Shown: positions 52,818 through 60,697 of the stretch, one piece after another
Position numbering within the stretch: position 1 is the stretch's first letter
Layout of the letters: each line of letters starts with the position of its first letter
Virus record (IMG/VR): IMGVR_UViG_3300025085_000016
Span: 1 to 63,415 of that record
Strand: one strand, 5' to 3'
Length of the DNA stretch: 63,415 nucleotides
Source: a virus
Taxonomy: Duplodnaviria; Caudoviricetes
Notes under the pieces: model-generated
The model's input: the letters and a program-made list of their open reading frames with translations, nothing else
Databases searched by the model: none
What the model was told of the DNA's origin: nothing
Made by a program: the position numbers and the translations under genes

Positions 52818-54020
52818 TTAGCTCTCAGAAACGTAGATAGTCTTCACAAGCCGATCCACCTGAACGCTGGAGTAACCGCCTCTTTTCTGATACGGAGAAT
52901 CCTGTTCCATTGCGTACCGTAGCTGCTCATCAGCTTCCACCATGAGTGTCCTGTATTCTCGTATGTCGCCTCTGCCGATCCTTGCCATCTGTGCCTCTGC
53001 GTAACTCTTCACTGCAAGAAGGAGCCGTGGTGAAACATCTAGTGTATCCGTTATGACCATTTTTCCGTCAGTCATGCTTGGGACACCAGCAACTGTGAAC
53101 TGGGTTGTGCTTGCCTGCTCAGTAACAAACCCTTCAAAAGCGACCGGAACCTCGGAACTGATCCCGAACCCCACCTCAGACTCAGGCGAATTAGCTGTCG
53201 AAGCAGCAACCCTAACGAGCGATCCAACTAGGCTAATGCCCACTGGCATTGGGGTCGCAAGAGTTACCGTTGTTCCAGATGCTGTAACCCCAGAGCAGAA
53301 CTCAAGAACCTTTGGATTTCTTGCGTATCTTGCGTATGCAACATCAAGCTCGATTGCCTTGGTGGTTGCGGGGCTTACTCTTAGCTCTGTCCTTTGCTTT
53401 CCGTCTAGCATTGCAGCACGAAAGCAAACCAGCCGAGGGTCACTTCCCTTGTAAATCCTTGGCCTGTCGTATTGGCGAAACGACTTTGCGTCAACTGGCT
53501 CAAGGCAGCGGTCCTCGCCGTGATACCAGACATCGTAAACCTCTCTGGCTTCGTTTGGCATCAGCACCCTGTCTTGCCGCAGCGAAAACACTGTCGGAGA
53601 TTCAGTCTGGCCGCTCCAGTCTTCTAGTGTAATCTGCGTGTCGCTGTCTCTCGACTTGACCCTGTACGCCCTTTCTTCATCTACATAGAGAGATGCGAGC
53701 GATGCCCAATCCGGCCATGCTGGTGAGGTTCTTGTGACCACTCCCGATGAGCTGATCGAGATCGTTCCTTCCTTGTCTTCAGCGTTGAGGTAGACGGTGG
53801 TTTCATCGTCGTACAGATTCCACTGATGGCGTGTCATCGCCTGCTCATACCCCCACATGGCTGATCGCTTTGCCCTGCGAACATCCATCTCGTTATCGCT
53901 CAGATCAAATACATCCATCACATGAGATACTAGCCCCTGTAGAGTCAGGACTCTGCTAGTGTCTTGAGTGATCGCTGGTGCGGCTGGACTGCTGCTCGTT
54001 GTTCCATTTACCGTTGTCAT
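52818..54020 (-). CDS. Head-tail adaptor-like protein
   Basis: 400 aa; TL..L...V N-terminus, HQW, ELRVSP, helical C-terminus. Confidence 0.5.
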   Translation of the reverse strand: MTTVNGTTSSSPAAPAITQDTSRVLTLQGLVSHVMDVFDLSDNEMDVRRAKRSAMWGYEQAMTRHQWNLYDDETTVYLNAEDKEGTISISSSGVVTRTSPAWPDWASLASLYVDEERAYRVKSRDSDTQITLEDWSGQTESPTVFSLRQDRVLMPNEAREVYDVWYHGEDRCLEPVDAKSFRQYDRPRIYKGSDPRLVCFRAAMLDGKQRTELRVSPATTKAIELDVAYARYARNPKVLEFCSGVTASGTTVTLATPMPVGISLVGSLVRVAASTANSPESEVGFGISSEVPVAFEGFVTEQASTTQFTVAGVPSMTDGKMVITDTLDVSPRLLLAVKSYAEAQMARIGRGDIREYRTLMVEADEQLRYAMEQDSPYQKRGGYSSVQVDRLVKTIYVSES

Positions 54021-54021
54021 A

Positions 54022-55707
54022 TTAGCTCACAGTGAATGCGGTTGGATTGCTGAAGTTGACCCCACTTCTCTGACACCATAGGTAGTAGCTCCCGGCGTCA
54101 AGCTGGAACGTCACTTGGCCTGAGTTGTCAGTCACCAATGTCCCGGCTACTACGTTTGTTCCTGCTGAATCAGTCGTAACCCAAGCATCGACTGCTGGTG
54201 CAGGATTGCCGTCGATGTTGACTGTGATGGTGTGAGATATTGCTCCCGATCCAATCGGCTGACCGCCACCCGTGACTGCGTTGGCGTCAACTTGATTCGC
54301 TATCGTAAAAGTCAAGCTGTCAGTCTTTGCCTTGATCGCTGCAATCCCGGCGTTGTCTGCGTTGACAGTGGCAAATCCTGTTGCTGTTAGCCAATCGCCC
54401 TGATTGCTTTGCAACTCGTGGGTGTCTGCCAAGATTGAAGCGATGGAAGCATTGGCAGGATTCACCGTAGCGAACCCAGTTGCGGTTAGCCAATCGCCTT
54501 GGTTTTGTTGAAGCTCGTTAGTGTCTGCAAGGATACTTGCAATCGAAGCGTTGTCTGCGTTGACGGTGGCAAATCCGGTTGCTTTGAATACGTCTTCGCG
54601 ATTGCTCGTTGTGAAGTGAAGGTAGATGTCTTCCTTGCTGTCACCACCACCACTACCACCGCCACTCAAGCTGTTACTGTCAACTTGATTAGACACAGTA
54701 AATGAAAGCTGATCCGTCTTTGATTTAATTGCTGTGATCGAAGCGTTGTCAGGATTGACGGTGGCAAAACCAGTGGCTGTTGCCCAGTCGCCTTGATTTG
54801 CTTGCAGGTCAGCAGTGTCAACAAGAATTGCTGCGATTGAAGTGTTGTCTGGGTTGATTGTTGCAAAACCTGTCGCTGTCGCCCAATCACCTTGGTTGCT
54901 TTGTAGTTCGTTTGTGTCAGCAAGAATAGAGGCTATGGAGGCGTTGTCGGGTGCGACCGTATTGAAGCCTGTCGCTGTCGCCCAATCACCTTGGTTGCTT
55001 TGTAGTTCGTTTGTGTCAGCAAGAATAGAGGCTATGGAGGCATTGTCGGGTGCGACCGTGTTGAAACCTGTCGCTGTCGCCCAATCACCTTGGTTGCTTT
55101 GTAGTTCGTTTGTGTCAGCAAGAATAGAGGCTATTGAAGTATTGTCAGGCACAACGGTATTCGGAGTCGTTGTATTTGCACCATCTGTTCCACGCATATC
55201 AGTGTTGGTCGTTGTAGTTGCAACCAGAGTCACGTTTGCGACCACATCATTTGTTGGATCAAAATTATTGAGACTCGAAATATCACCTTGCGTAGCTAAT
55301 CCCGAAACACTAACCATATCTGTGTTTGTAGTTGTCGTAGCAACAAGCGTGACGTTAGCTACAGTGTCAGTTGCAGGATCAAAAGTAGATGCACTATCCG
55401 TCCCGCGCTCTGGTGCAATCACCTTAATTTGCCAAGAATTAACATAAGCTTGCGACGAAATGAGTGCTGTTTCTTCGACCGTGAACGTATCGCCCTCGAC
55501 CTCGCTCGCAGGGTTGTAAGAGCAGTCATAAATTCCGGTTGTTGCTGCTCGCTTTGTGACCGTCACAACATCTACAGTCGCAGTTCCGTTCTTGCGGATG
55601 GCAACCGTTGGCGTGCTGTCTGCATCAACCAATACACCAGCATCTGTGTATGTCATCAACGACCAATAAACTATTCCATCAACTTTCAAAGTGGTTGGCC
55701 TACTCAT
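54022..55707 (-). CDS. Fibre-like virion protein with 33-aa repeats
   Basis: PDNASIASILADTNELQSNQGDWATATGFNTVA units; C-terminal Ig/prealbumin-like TDNSGQVTFQLDAGSYYL. Confidence 0.7.
   Translation of the reverse strand: MSRPTTLKVDGIVYWSLMTYTDAGVLVDADSTPTVAIRKNGTATVDVVTVTKRAATTGIYDCSYNPASEVEGDTFTVEETALISSQAYVNSWQIKVIAPERGTDSASTFDPATDTVANVTLVATTTTNTDMVSVSGLATQGDISSLNNFDPTNDVVANVTLVATTTTNTDMRGTDGANTTTPNTVVPDNTSIASILADTNELQSNQGDWATATGFNTVAPDNASIASILADTNELQSNQGDWATATGFNTVAPDNASIASILADTNELQSNQGDWATATGFATINPDNTSIAAILVDTADLQANQGDWATATGFATVNPDNASITAIKSKTDQLSFTVSNQVDSNSLSGGGSGGGDSKEDIYLHFTTSNREDVFKATGFATVNADNASIASILADTNELQQNQGDWLTATGFATVNPANASIASILADTHELQSNQGDWLTATGFATVNADNAGIAAIKAKTDSLTFTIANQVDANAVTGGGQPIGSGAISHTITVNIDGNPAPAVDAWVTTDSAGTNVVAGTLVTDNSGQVTFQLDAGSYYLWCQRSGVNFSNPTAFTVS
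54340..55150. repeat. 99-bp tandem repeats in two blocks
   Basis: Near-identical units in register at 54871, 54970 and 55069; more diverged units at 54340-54590. Confidence 0.9.
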
Positions 55708-56567
55708 TATCTTACCTTTGCATTGCCCGCATTGAAGCGTTTGTTTGTGAATGGATCGTACACGCCGGAAGTCACGCCAGAAGTAGGAGGTGCTGATGTC
55801 CTTCCAGACGCTAACGATGCTATTTCAGTAGTGGACAAAGCACGATCAAAGAAACGCAAATCATCGGCATAACCGTTGAAGTAAGGTGCAGTCCCAGCAC
55901 CCGCCCAAGCAAATCCATCTGCTGGAAAAAAGCCGATTCGCATTTGTCTTTCATGTGCGTTGGTAATGTTTTGCATACTACCCGTAGCGTTTGCTGACGC
56001 TCGCAGCACTCCGTTGACGTACACTCTTTTTTGTGAGCCGTTGTACCAGTAAATCCAGTGCTGCCAGAGTCCGCTGTCTAACAGAGAAGGGTTCCGGTAT
56101 ACCATCCAATTCTGGCTTAGGCCGTCTGATTTGAAAGAGAGTCTGTCCATTCGATCATCGTAGAACATGCATACAGGCTGAAGGTTTGTAGAACCGACAT
56201 ACTCATTTCCGCCGTATCCAAATCGAGTTTGAAAATAATTGCTTCCAGTTCGGTAATACGGAATCGCCTTGAACCACCCGCACAATGTATAGGTAGAATG
56301 GTTGTTGCACTTCCCGTTGGGTATGTCGTCGTAGTTTGTGTACTGCTTCTTCATCGATGTATACGGCACAGGCGCATTGTCGTAATACAATGCGTGGGTT
56401 CCACCGTTTGTTGTGTCCGCTACAACAGTCGAAAGAGTAGTAGAGTTGAGCGCGTAGTTTACCGCCGTCAGCGGATTGGCCGACAAGTCATCCCAAGAGT
56501 TTGAGCCACCGCCCTGAATAGTGGCGGAAACTAAAAACTTTTCGTCGCCAATAACCGTGTAAGTCAT
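55707..56567 (-). CDS. LamG/concanavalin-A-like lectin domain protein
   Basis: TLCGWFK, WQHW...Y, VYVNG, RIG, FNGYADDLRFFDRALS..EI..L. Confidence 0.85.
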   Translation of the reverse strand: MTYTVIGDEKFLVSATIQGGGSNSWDDLSANPLTAVNYALNSTTLSTVVADTTNGGTHALYYDNAPVPYTSMKKQYTNYDDIPNGKCNNHSTYTLCGWFKAIPYYRTGSNYFQTRFGYGGNEYVGSTNLQPVCMFYDDRMDRLSFKSDGLSQNWMVYRNPSLLDSGLWQHWIYWYNGSQKRVYVNGVLRASANATGSMQNITNAHERQMRIGFFPADGFAWAGAGTAPYFNGYADDLRFFDRALSTTEIASLASGRTSAPPTSGVTSGVYDPFTNKRFNAGNAKVR

Positions 56568-56571
56568 GCGA

Positions 56572-57144
56572 TTACTCCGTGTAACTGTTTGCCCATTCTA
56601 TCAACGCCGATGAAATGTCAGCATTCGTGGCGTCGATGTCATCTAGCACGGGCGACAGGTACTCATTCTGCTTCTCAGCCGCGACCACCTGACGGTCTGC
56701 CCTAGCTTTATCTGCTAAGTAAGCATCCCTTGAATCAGACACATTGGTTGCAGTGGCCCCCGCATCAGGTTGCCCACCGCCAAGTGCGATCATCGCGTCT
56801 GCAAGTTGCCCCAAATCACTAGGCAAGCCTTCAACTAAGGTCGCAAGCTGCACAGATCGAGGGTAAGCGTGAGAACTGATCTCTACGCCTCGCCCCAAGA
56901 GGTGGCTGAGAAACCACGACATGAGCATTGCATCGCTACCAGACAGCGTTTGGTAATGCTCGATGAGCGTACCGCTGCGTTGCTGGGTGATCGGGTCTTC
57001 CACGATTGCGCCTGCACCCTCCAGCAAGACTAAAGTTTCTTCGCACGGGATTGCCTTCGCTGTTCTCGCGCTCAGGTGAGCTGCAATCTCAGCATCAGAG
57101 AGTTCGCCCTCAAGCGGCTCGATGTCTGCTAAGTAACTAATCAT
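56572..57144 (-). CDS. Hypothetical protein
   Basis: 190 aa, ATGA-coupled. Confidence 0.7.
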   Translation of the reverse strand: MISYLADIEPLEGELSDAEIAAHLSARTAKAIPCEETLVLLEGAGAIVEDPITQQRSGTLIEHYQTLSGSDAMLMSWFLSHLLGRGVEISSHAYPRSVQLATLVEGLPSDLGQLADAMIALGGGQPDAGATATNVSDSRDAYLADKARADRQVVAAEKQNEYLSPVLDDIDATNADISSALIEWANSYTE

Positions 57145-57359
57145 TTGTCATCTTGATTCTTGAGGTCTTCGATGTCTGTGCCAGCCTGCCGCGCAAGCTG
57201 CCGCCAAAGCGCAAGCCTGTCTGACTCGCAGTCCGACAGCTTGCTTTCGATCACTTGCAGGTGTCTTGTTACCTGTCGCCATAGCACTCCAATAGCCGAC
57301 CCAAGGCCGGTAATCGCTGTGAGCAACATGCCGATTGTTGTTGGGTCAGGGGTAGTCAT
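57141..57359 (-). CDS. Small membrane protein (1 TM + coiled coil), holin-like
   Basis: ATG 57359; IGMLLTAITGLGSAIGVLW followed by a heptad helix. Confidence 0.6.
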   Translation of the reverse strand: MTTPDPTTIGMLLTAITGLGSAIGVLWRQVTRHLQVIESKLSDCESDRLALWRQLARQAGTDIEDLKNQDDK

Positions 57360-57706
57360 TAGCGTTTTCTCCATCGAAAGAAAATTCCTCGACGGACTCG
57401 CTGGCTGCATGACCGAACGGTGGTACGGACTGGCTTGCTTGCCTGTATGTTTGCAGCCACACCACACACTCCGTTCACGCAACTGCTTGCTGCGGATCGG
57501 ACTGGCTTTCTTGCCGAGGCTAACTGAACTTCTGCTGACTCGGTTGCCGTCAGGATAATTGGTTCAGATACATCTTCGTAATGCTCCTGTGCTTCCTGTG
57601 CTGTCACGCCTTCTGACATTTGCCCGGCGAAAGCAGCAACGACTGCTAAGATCACCGACCCTGCCAAAAAATACAAACAAGCATCTGCTAACTTTGTGAG
57701 TCTCAT
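57359..57706 (-). CDS. Secreted/membrane-anchored protein with C.NG.C motif and basic tail
   Basis: N-terminal hydrophobic segment; SCVNGVC; RRGIFFRWRKR end. Confidence 0.6.
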   Translation of the reverse strand: MRLTKLADACLYFLAGSVILAVVAAFAGQMSEGVTAQEAQEHYEDVSEPIILTATESAEVQLASARKPVRSAASSCVNGVCGVAANIQASKPVRTTVRSCSQRVRRGIFFRWRKR

Positions 57707-57708
57707 CT

Positions 57709-58485
57709 TTAACCTTCCTTGACCGCTTTAACGGATCGAACTGCTACACTCTCAAATGGTTTTGCTTTGGAGTTCCAGACTGTGCCGTAGCCCTTGTCAC
57801 CCCACTTCTCACCCCAGCTATTAACGAAGCCAAGGCCATACTCAATGTTTCTTCCGCTGCCTCGATAGAGTCCTTGCAGGCCAGCAACTAGGTGTCTCCA
57901 CCAACTGAATGCCAACGTGCATGGCGATGGGTCGATTGGATCAATGAGAGCAGACATCACTGCATCGAAGCTATCGCGAGGCAGCTCCTCGAAGGTGACA
58001 AGCTTGTGCTTCTTGCAGCTTGCAATCACCTTGGGGTCTGTCTCCAGCGAACGATTCATACTGTACTCAGGCCAGACCTCGTACTCAGGAATCCCATATT
58101 GTTCAATGTACCGGGTTGCCTCGACGCCGAAGCCACCTTGATTGCGGTATTTCTTGCCCATAGCGGCAGTCGCGTGAGCGTTCAGGTCAGGTGCAGGGTC
58201 AATTCCTTGAGCTGCATATCTGTTCAAAATGCAGTTGACGGTCCCATGCATCCAGCAGTAACCGTATCGGCCTTGGGATCGCACGGGAATGCTGTTTCCC
58301 TTATGAATTTCCATCGGGCTTGTGCGGTTTTTTTTCTGGAGTTCAATCAACTCCACCCAGTCTTTGCGAGGGTAGATCGTGCCGCTGTATTCTGGGTGCG
58401 AACTAAACTGCGGATGTAAGTCCCAATCGCGAGACTCGTACCCACACACTCCATCGGTATTTGCGTCCCAGCTAATGTCGGTCAC
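57709..58485 (-). CDS. Papain-family (C1-like) cysteine peptidase
   Basis: QGRYGYCW (oxyanion Q and catalytic C), WRHLV (H), VNSWGEKWGDKGYG (N); GTG 58485 overlaps the upstream TGA. Confidence 0.88.
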   Translation of the reverse strand: MTDISWDANTDGVCGYESRDWDLHPQFSSHPEYSGTIYPRKDWVELIELQKKNRTSPMEIHKGNSIPVRSQGRYGYCWMHGTVNCILNRYAAQGIDPAPDLNAHATAAMGKKYRNQGGFGVEATRYIEQYGIPEYEVWPEYSMNRSLETDPKVIASCKKHKLVTFEELPRDSFDAVMSALIDPIDPSPCTLAFSWWRHLVAGLQGLYRGSGRNIEYGLGFVNSWGEKWGDKGYGTVWNSKAKPFESVAVRSVKAVKEG

Positions 58486-58934
58486 AGTCTGCTCCTTATC
58501 TCTGAGATCGCATCGTCGATACTGCCCGGCATCGGGATGCAATCGAGCCGAGCAGACTTAGAACGGAACACCACTGATGGTGCTTGCCCGTATCCGATCT
58601 CTGCCATCTCCTGAAGCCACTTCTCTGCGCCGGATGTATCTTGCCCGACTTCGAGTCGCCGCTTCTCGATTCCGTTCTCGTCGCAGAAATCATCCACCTT
58701 CATGCTGACACTCGCCTGACCCTGACCCGGTGTCATGCTCTCGTCCGTCACAAACAACACCTGCGCAGACTTCTCTGAAGGGACAACAACCGAAGGAACA
58801 AACTTTCTCCAGTAGCTGCTGTCGTAAACAACCCACGCAAGCGCAAGAGCAAGCAGCAAGTTCACACTTACTTTCTTGGTTGGCTTCTGCTTTTCTTGGG
58901 CAGGCGCAGGGATGTCTTTGAGGATGTCGATCAC
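58482..58934 (-). CDS. Membrane-anchored protein, possible thioredoxin-like fold without CxxC
   Basis: One N-terminal TM (LLLALALAWVV); coupled to the peptidase. Confidence 0.6.
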   Translation of the reverse strand: MIDILKDIPAPAQEKQKPTKKVSVNLLLALALAWVVYDSSYWRKFVPSVVVPSEKSAQVLFVTDESMTPGQGQASVSMKVDDFCDENGIEKRRLEVGQDTSGAEKWLQEMAEIGYGQAPSVVFRSKSARLDCIPMPGSIDDAISEIRSRL

Positions 58935-59317
58935 TTGTCCCCCCCCACCTTGATTTCAATGGAGGCGATTCGTTCATCCAAGCTGTTAAGTGCTTCAACA
59001 AGTTTTTCAGCATCTATCTTTCCCTCTATGGTCTTCGCTGCGCGGTCAAGCCTCGGCATCCTTGCGCGAAGATAGTCCACAGCCTTTTCCGCGAGAGGCT
59101 GCAACCCGCTGCACAGCATGATCGCAATCAGGCCGACCATCTGAATTGCACTGACGACCGCCGTAAGGACAAGAGGAAGTAGGGAAACGCTTTCAAAGCC
59201 TTCGGTTTCCTCTCTGAAGAACCATGAGAATACGCCCAGCGACCAGCACTTGTAGACTAGAAAGATCACGAAGCACCCGACTAGGAATTGCCACGTTTTG
59301 TTTTCTTTAAGAGACAT
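58931..59317 (-). CDS. Two-TM membrane protein with coiled-coil tail, holin-like
   Basis: ATG 59317; two hydrophobic segments, charged C-terminus. Confidence 0.65.
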   Translation of the reverse strand: MSLKENKTWQFLVGCFVIFLVYKCWSLGVFSWFFREETEGFESVSLLPLVLTAVVSAIQMVGLIAIMLCSGLQPLAEKAVDYLRARMPRLDRAAKTIEGKIDAEKLVEALNSLDERIASIEIKVGGDK

Positions 59318-59621
59318 AACCCGGCTCTCCTTTTGATGCTGTCCGTGAGATGGTGTCCACTGCAAACAGCTCATCGTTGAGCCACTTGTCGATCAGACGT
59401 TCGATGAACTTCATAGCTATGGCGAGAAGCAGGCTTCCCAAAATCGAGTTGAACCTTCCTGACTCAATAAGCCTCGATCTTGTCTCCCCGATCGCCATCC
59501 TTCTGATTTCTGGTTTGCTGAGAACAGGACTCAAAAACCTCTTTGCAGTTCCTAGGTAGGCAAGACGAGCCTCTGCCCGGACGGCCTCCATCTGCTCTTT
59601 ACTCATTAGGTATCTGTTCAT
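59307..59621 (-). CDS. Hypothetical protein (allele B of 183-497)
   Basis: Near-identical protein. Confidence 0.8.
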   Translation of the reverse strand: MNRYLMSKEQMEAVRAEARLAYLGTAKRFLSPVLSKPEIRRMAIGETRSRLIESGRFNSILGSLLLAIAMKFIERLIDKWLNDELFAVDTISRTASKGEPGYVS

Positions 59622-59662
59622 CCCTGATCTCCTTGCCGCTAAACTAGCAACCGCTTTTTACG

Positions 59663-59911
59663 TCACGACCTTGCTCGCTTCCCTGCTTTCTTCGCTGCTG
59701 GGGTGTTGGAAACGAACTGCTTTCCCTTCTTTGAGCCTTTCTTTTTCTTGGCGTTTGTCGCTCGCTTTTCTGCTGGGCTTAAAGACTTCCAAGCTTTGTC
59801 AGGAAGGTATCGAACCGTGCCTCCCTTTCTCTGGGCTTTCTTGCCATCACTTGTTCTCCACTTCTCGGAGGTCCATTTCTCTAGGCTTCTTTGTGATTCG
59901 AGCTTTGCCAT
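59663..59911 (-). CDS. Small basic protein (allele B of 539-787)
   Basis: One visible amino-acid difference. Confidence 0.75.
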   Translation of the reverse strand: MAKLESQRSLEKWTSEKWRTSDGKKAQRKGGTVRYLPDKAWKSLSPAEKRATNAKKKKGSKKGKQFVSNTPAAKKAGKRARS

Positions 59912-60141
59912 CAGTCCATGTATCCTCCGCCCGCTTTCTTGTATGCAAGCGCGAGCATCTGTGCTTTCCTAGCTGACCACTGACCGGGCTTTCCGCCCTT
60001 GCCGCCGGACTTGATCTTATTGAACAGCCGCTTCCTCATTCCGGGCTTTGTGTAATTCCCAGCCTCGTTGACTTTAGACTTTGACTTTCCGCCGGACGGT
60101 TTTGCTTTCCTCTTGTACGCACCCTTGTCTCCGCTTGGCAT
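59911..60141 (-). CDS. Small basic protein (allele B of 787-1017)
   Basis: Near-identical protein. Confidence 0.75.
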   Translation of the reverse strand: MPSGDKGAYKRKAKPSGGKSKSKVNEAGNYTKPGMRKRLFNKIKSGGKGGKPGQWSARKAQMLALAYKKAGGGYMD

Positions 60142-60142
60142 A

Positions 60143-60697
60143 TCAGTCCTTTTTTCTTGCTCCATGCTTATCAACGAGCTTCCCCCTAAGCTCCTTTCTT
60201 GCATTATCGCTTTTCTTGCAGGATTCGTCTAACTTACGATTTTTCTTTCTCGCGTCACCTTCCAGCCTGTCGATAATATCTTCGGCCAGGCGAACCTTCT
60301 TCTTTGGCCCCCTGTAGGCGTTGACCTTCACCATTCCGTCAATGTCCATCTCCTTGGCTATGGCCGCCTTTCTCACATCTCCGGTGTCCGAGACCCAAGC
60401 CATTGGATCTTTGTAGCCCCCAAGCTGACCGTTGTATGTCTTTCCATGGGTGTTGATTCCTGCACTCTTTGCAACGCGAACAATGTCCTCCCTTTGGTCG
60501 TCAGCCAGGCATCGCATCCTGTCGTTCTCGCGCTTGCTGAAATCCTTGCCTGTGTTCCATGACCCGGGTGGCTTCATTGAGGCGAGCATTGCGGCCATGT
60601 TTGGGCTTTGCCCGTCCTTGATAAGACAATCATAGATATGCCTTATCCCAGCGCGGTCCATTTCTTCCTCTATACTTGCGATCCTCTGCTCGTTCAT
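60143..60697 (-). CDS. Hypothetical protein (allele B of 1019-1573)
   Basis: Same length, diverged N-terminal part, identical C-terminal end. Confidence 0.8.
   Translation of the reverse strand: MNEQRIASIEEEMDRAGIRHIYDCLIKDGQSPNMAAMLASMKPPGSWNTGKDFSKRENDRMRCLADDQREDIVRVAKSAGINTHGKTYNGQLGGYKDPMAWVSDTGDVRKAAIAKEMDIDGMVKVNAYRGPKKKVRLAEDIIDRLEGDARKKNRKLDESCKKSDNARKELRGKLVDKHGARKKD

Larger units (their letters stand above)
1..59124. mobile_element. Complete (circularly permuted) temperate tailed dsDNA phage genome, ~59.1 kb unit
   Basis: TerL, portal, capsid, scaffold, tail-like, integrase and recombination genes with no host housekeeping genes; the sequence returns to position-1 sequence at 59125. 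Confidence 0.9.

Noticed and set aside
54022-56567. Diversity-generating retroelement targeting the lectin or fibre
   Set aside because: No reverse transcriptase and no template/variable repeat pair with adenine-specific differences; the repeats are tandem and in frame
32941-59124. Alternative genetic code or stop-codon readthrough
   Set aside because: Standard-code ORFs tile the region densely with coupled starts and stops, so no recoding is needed
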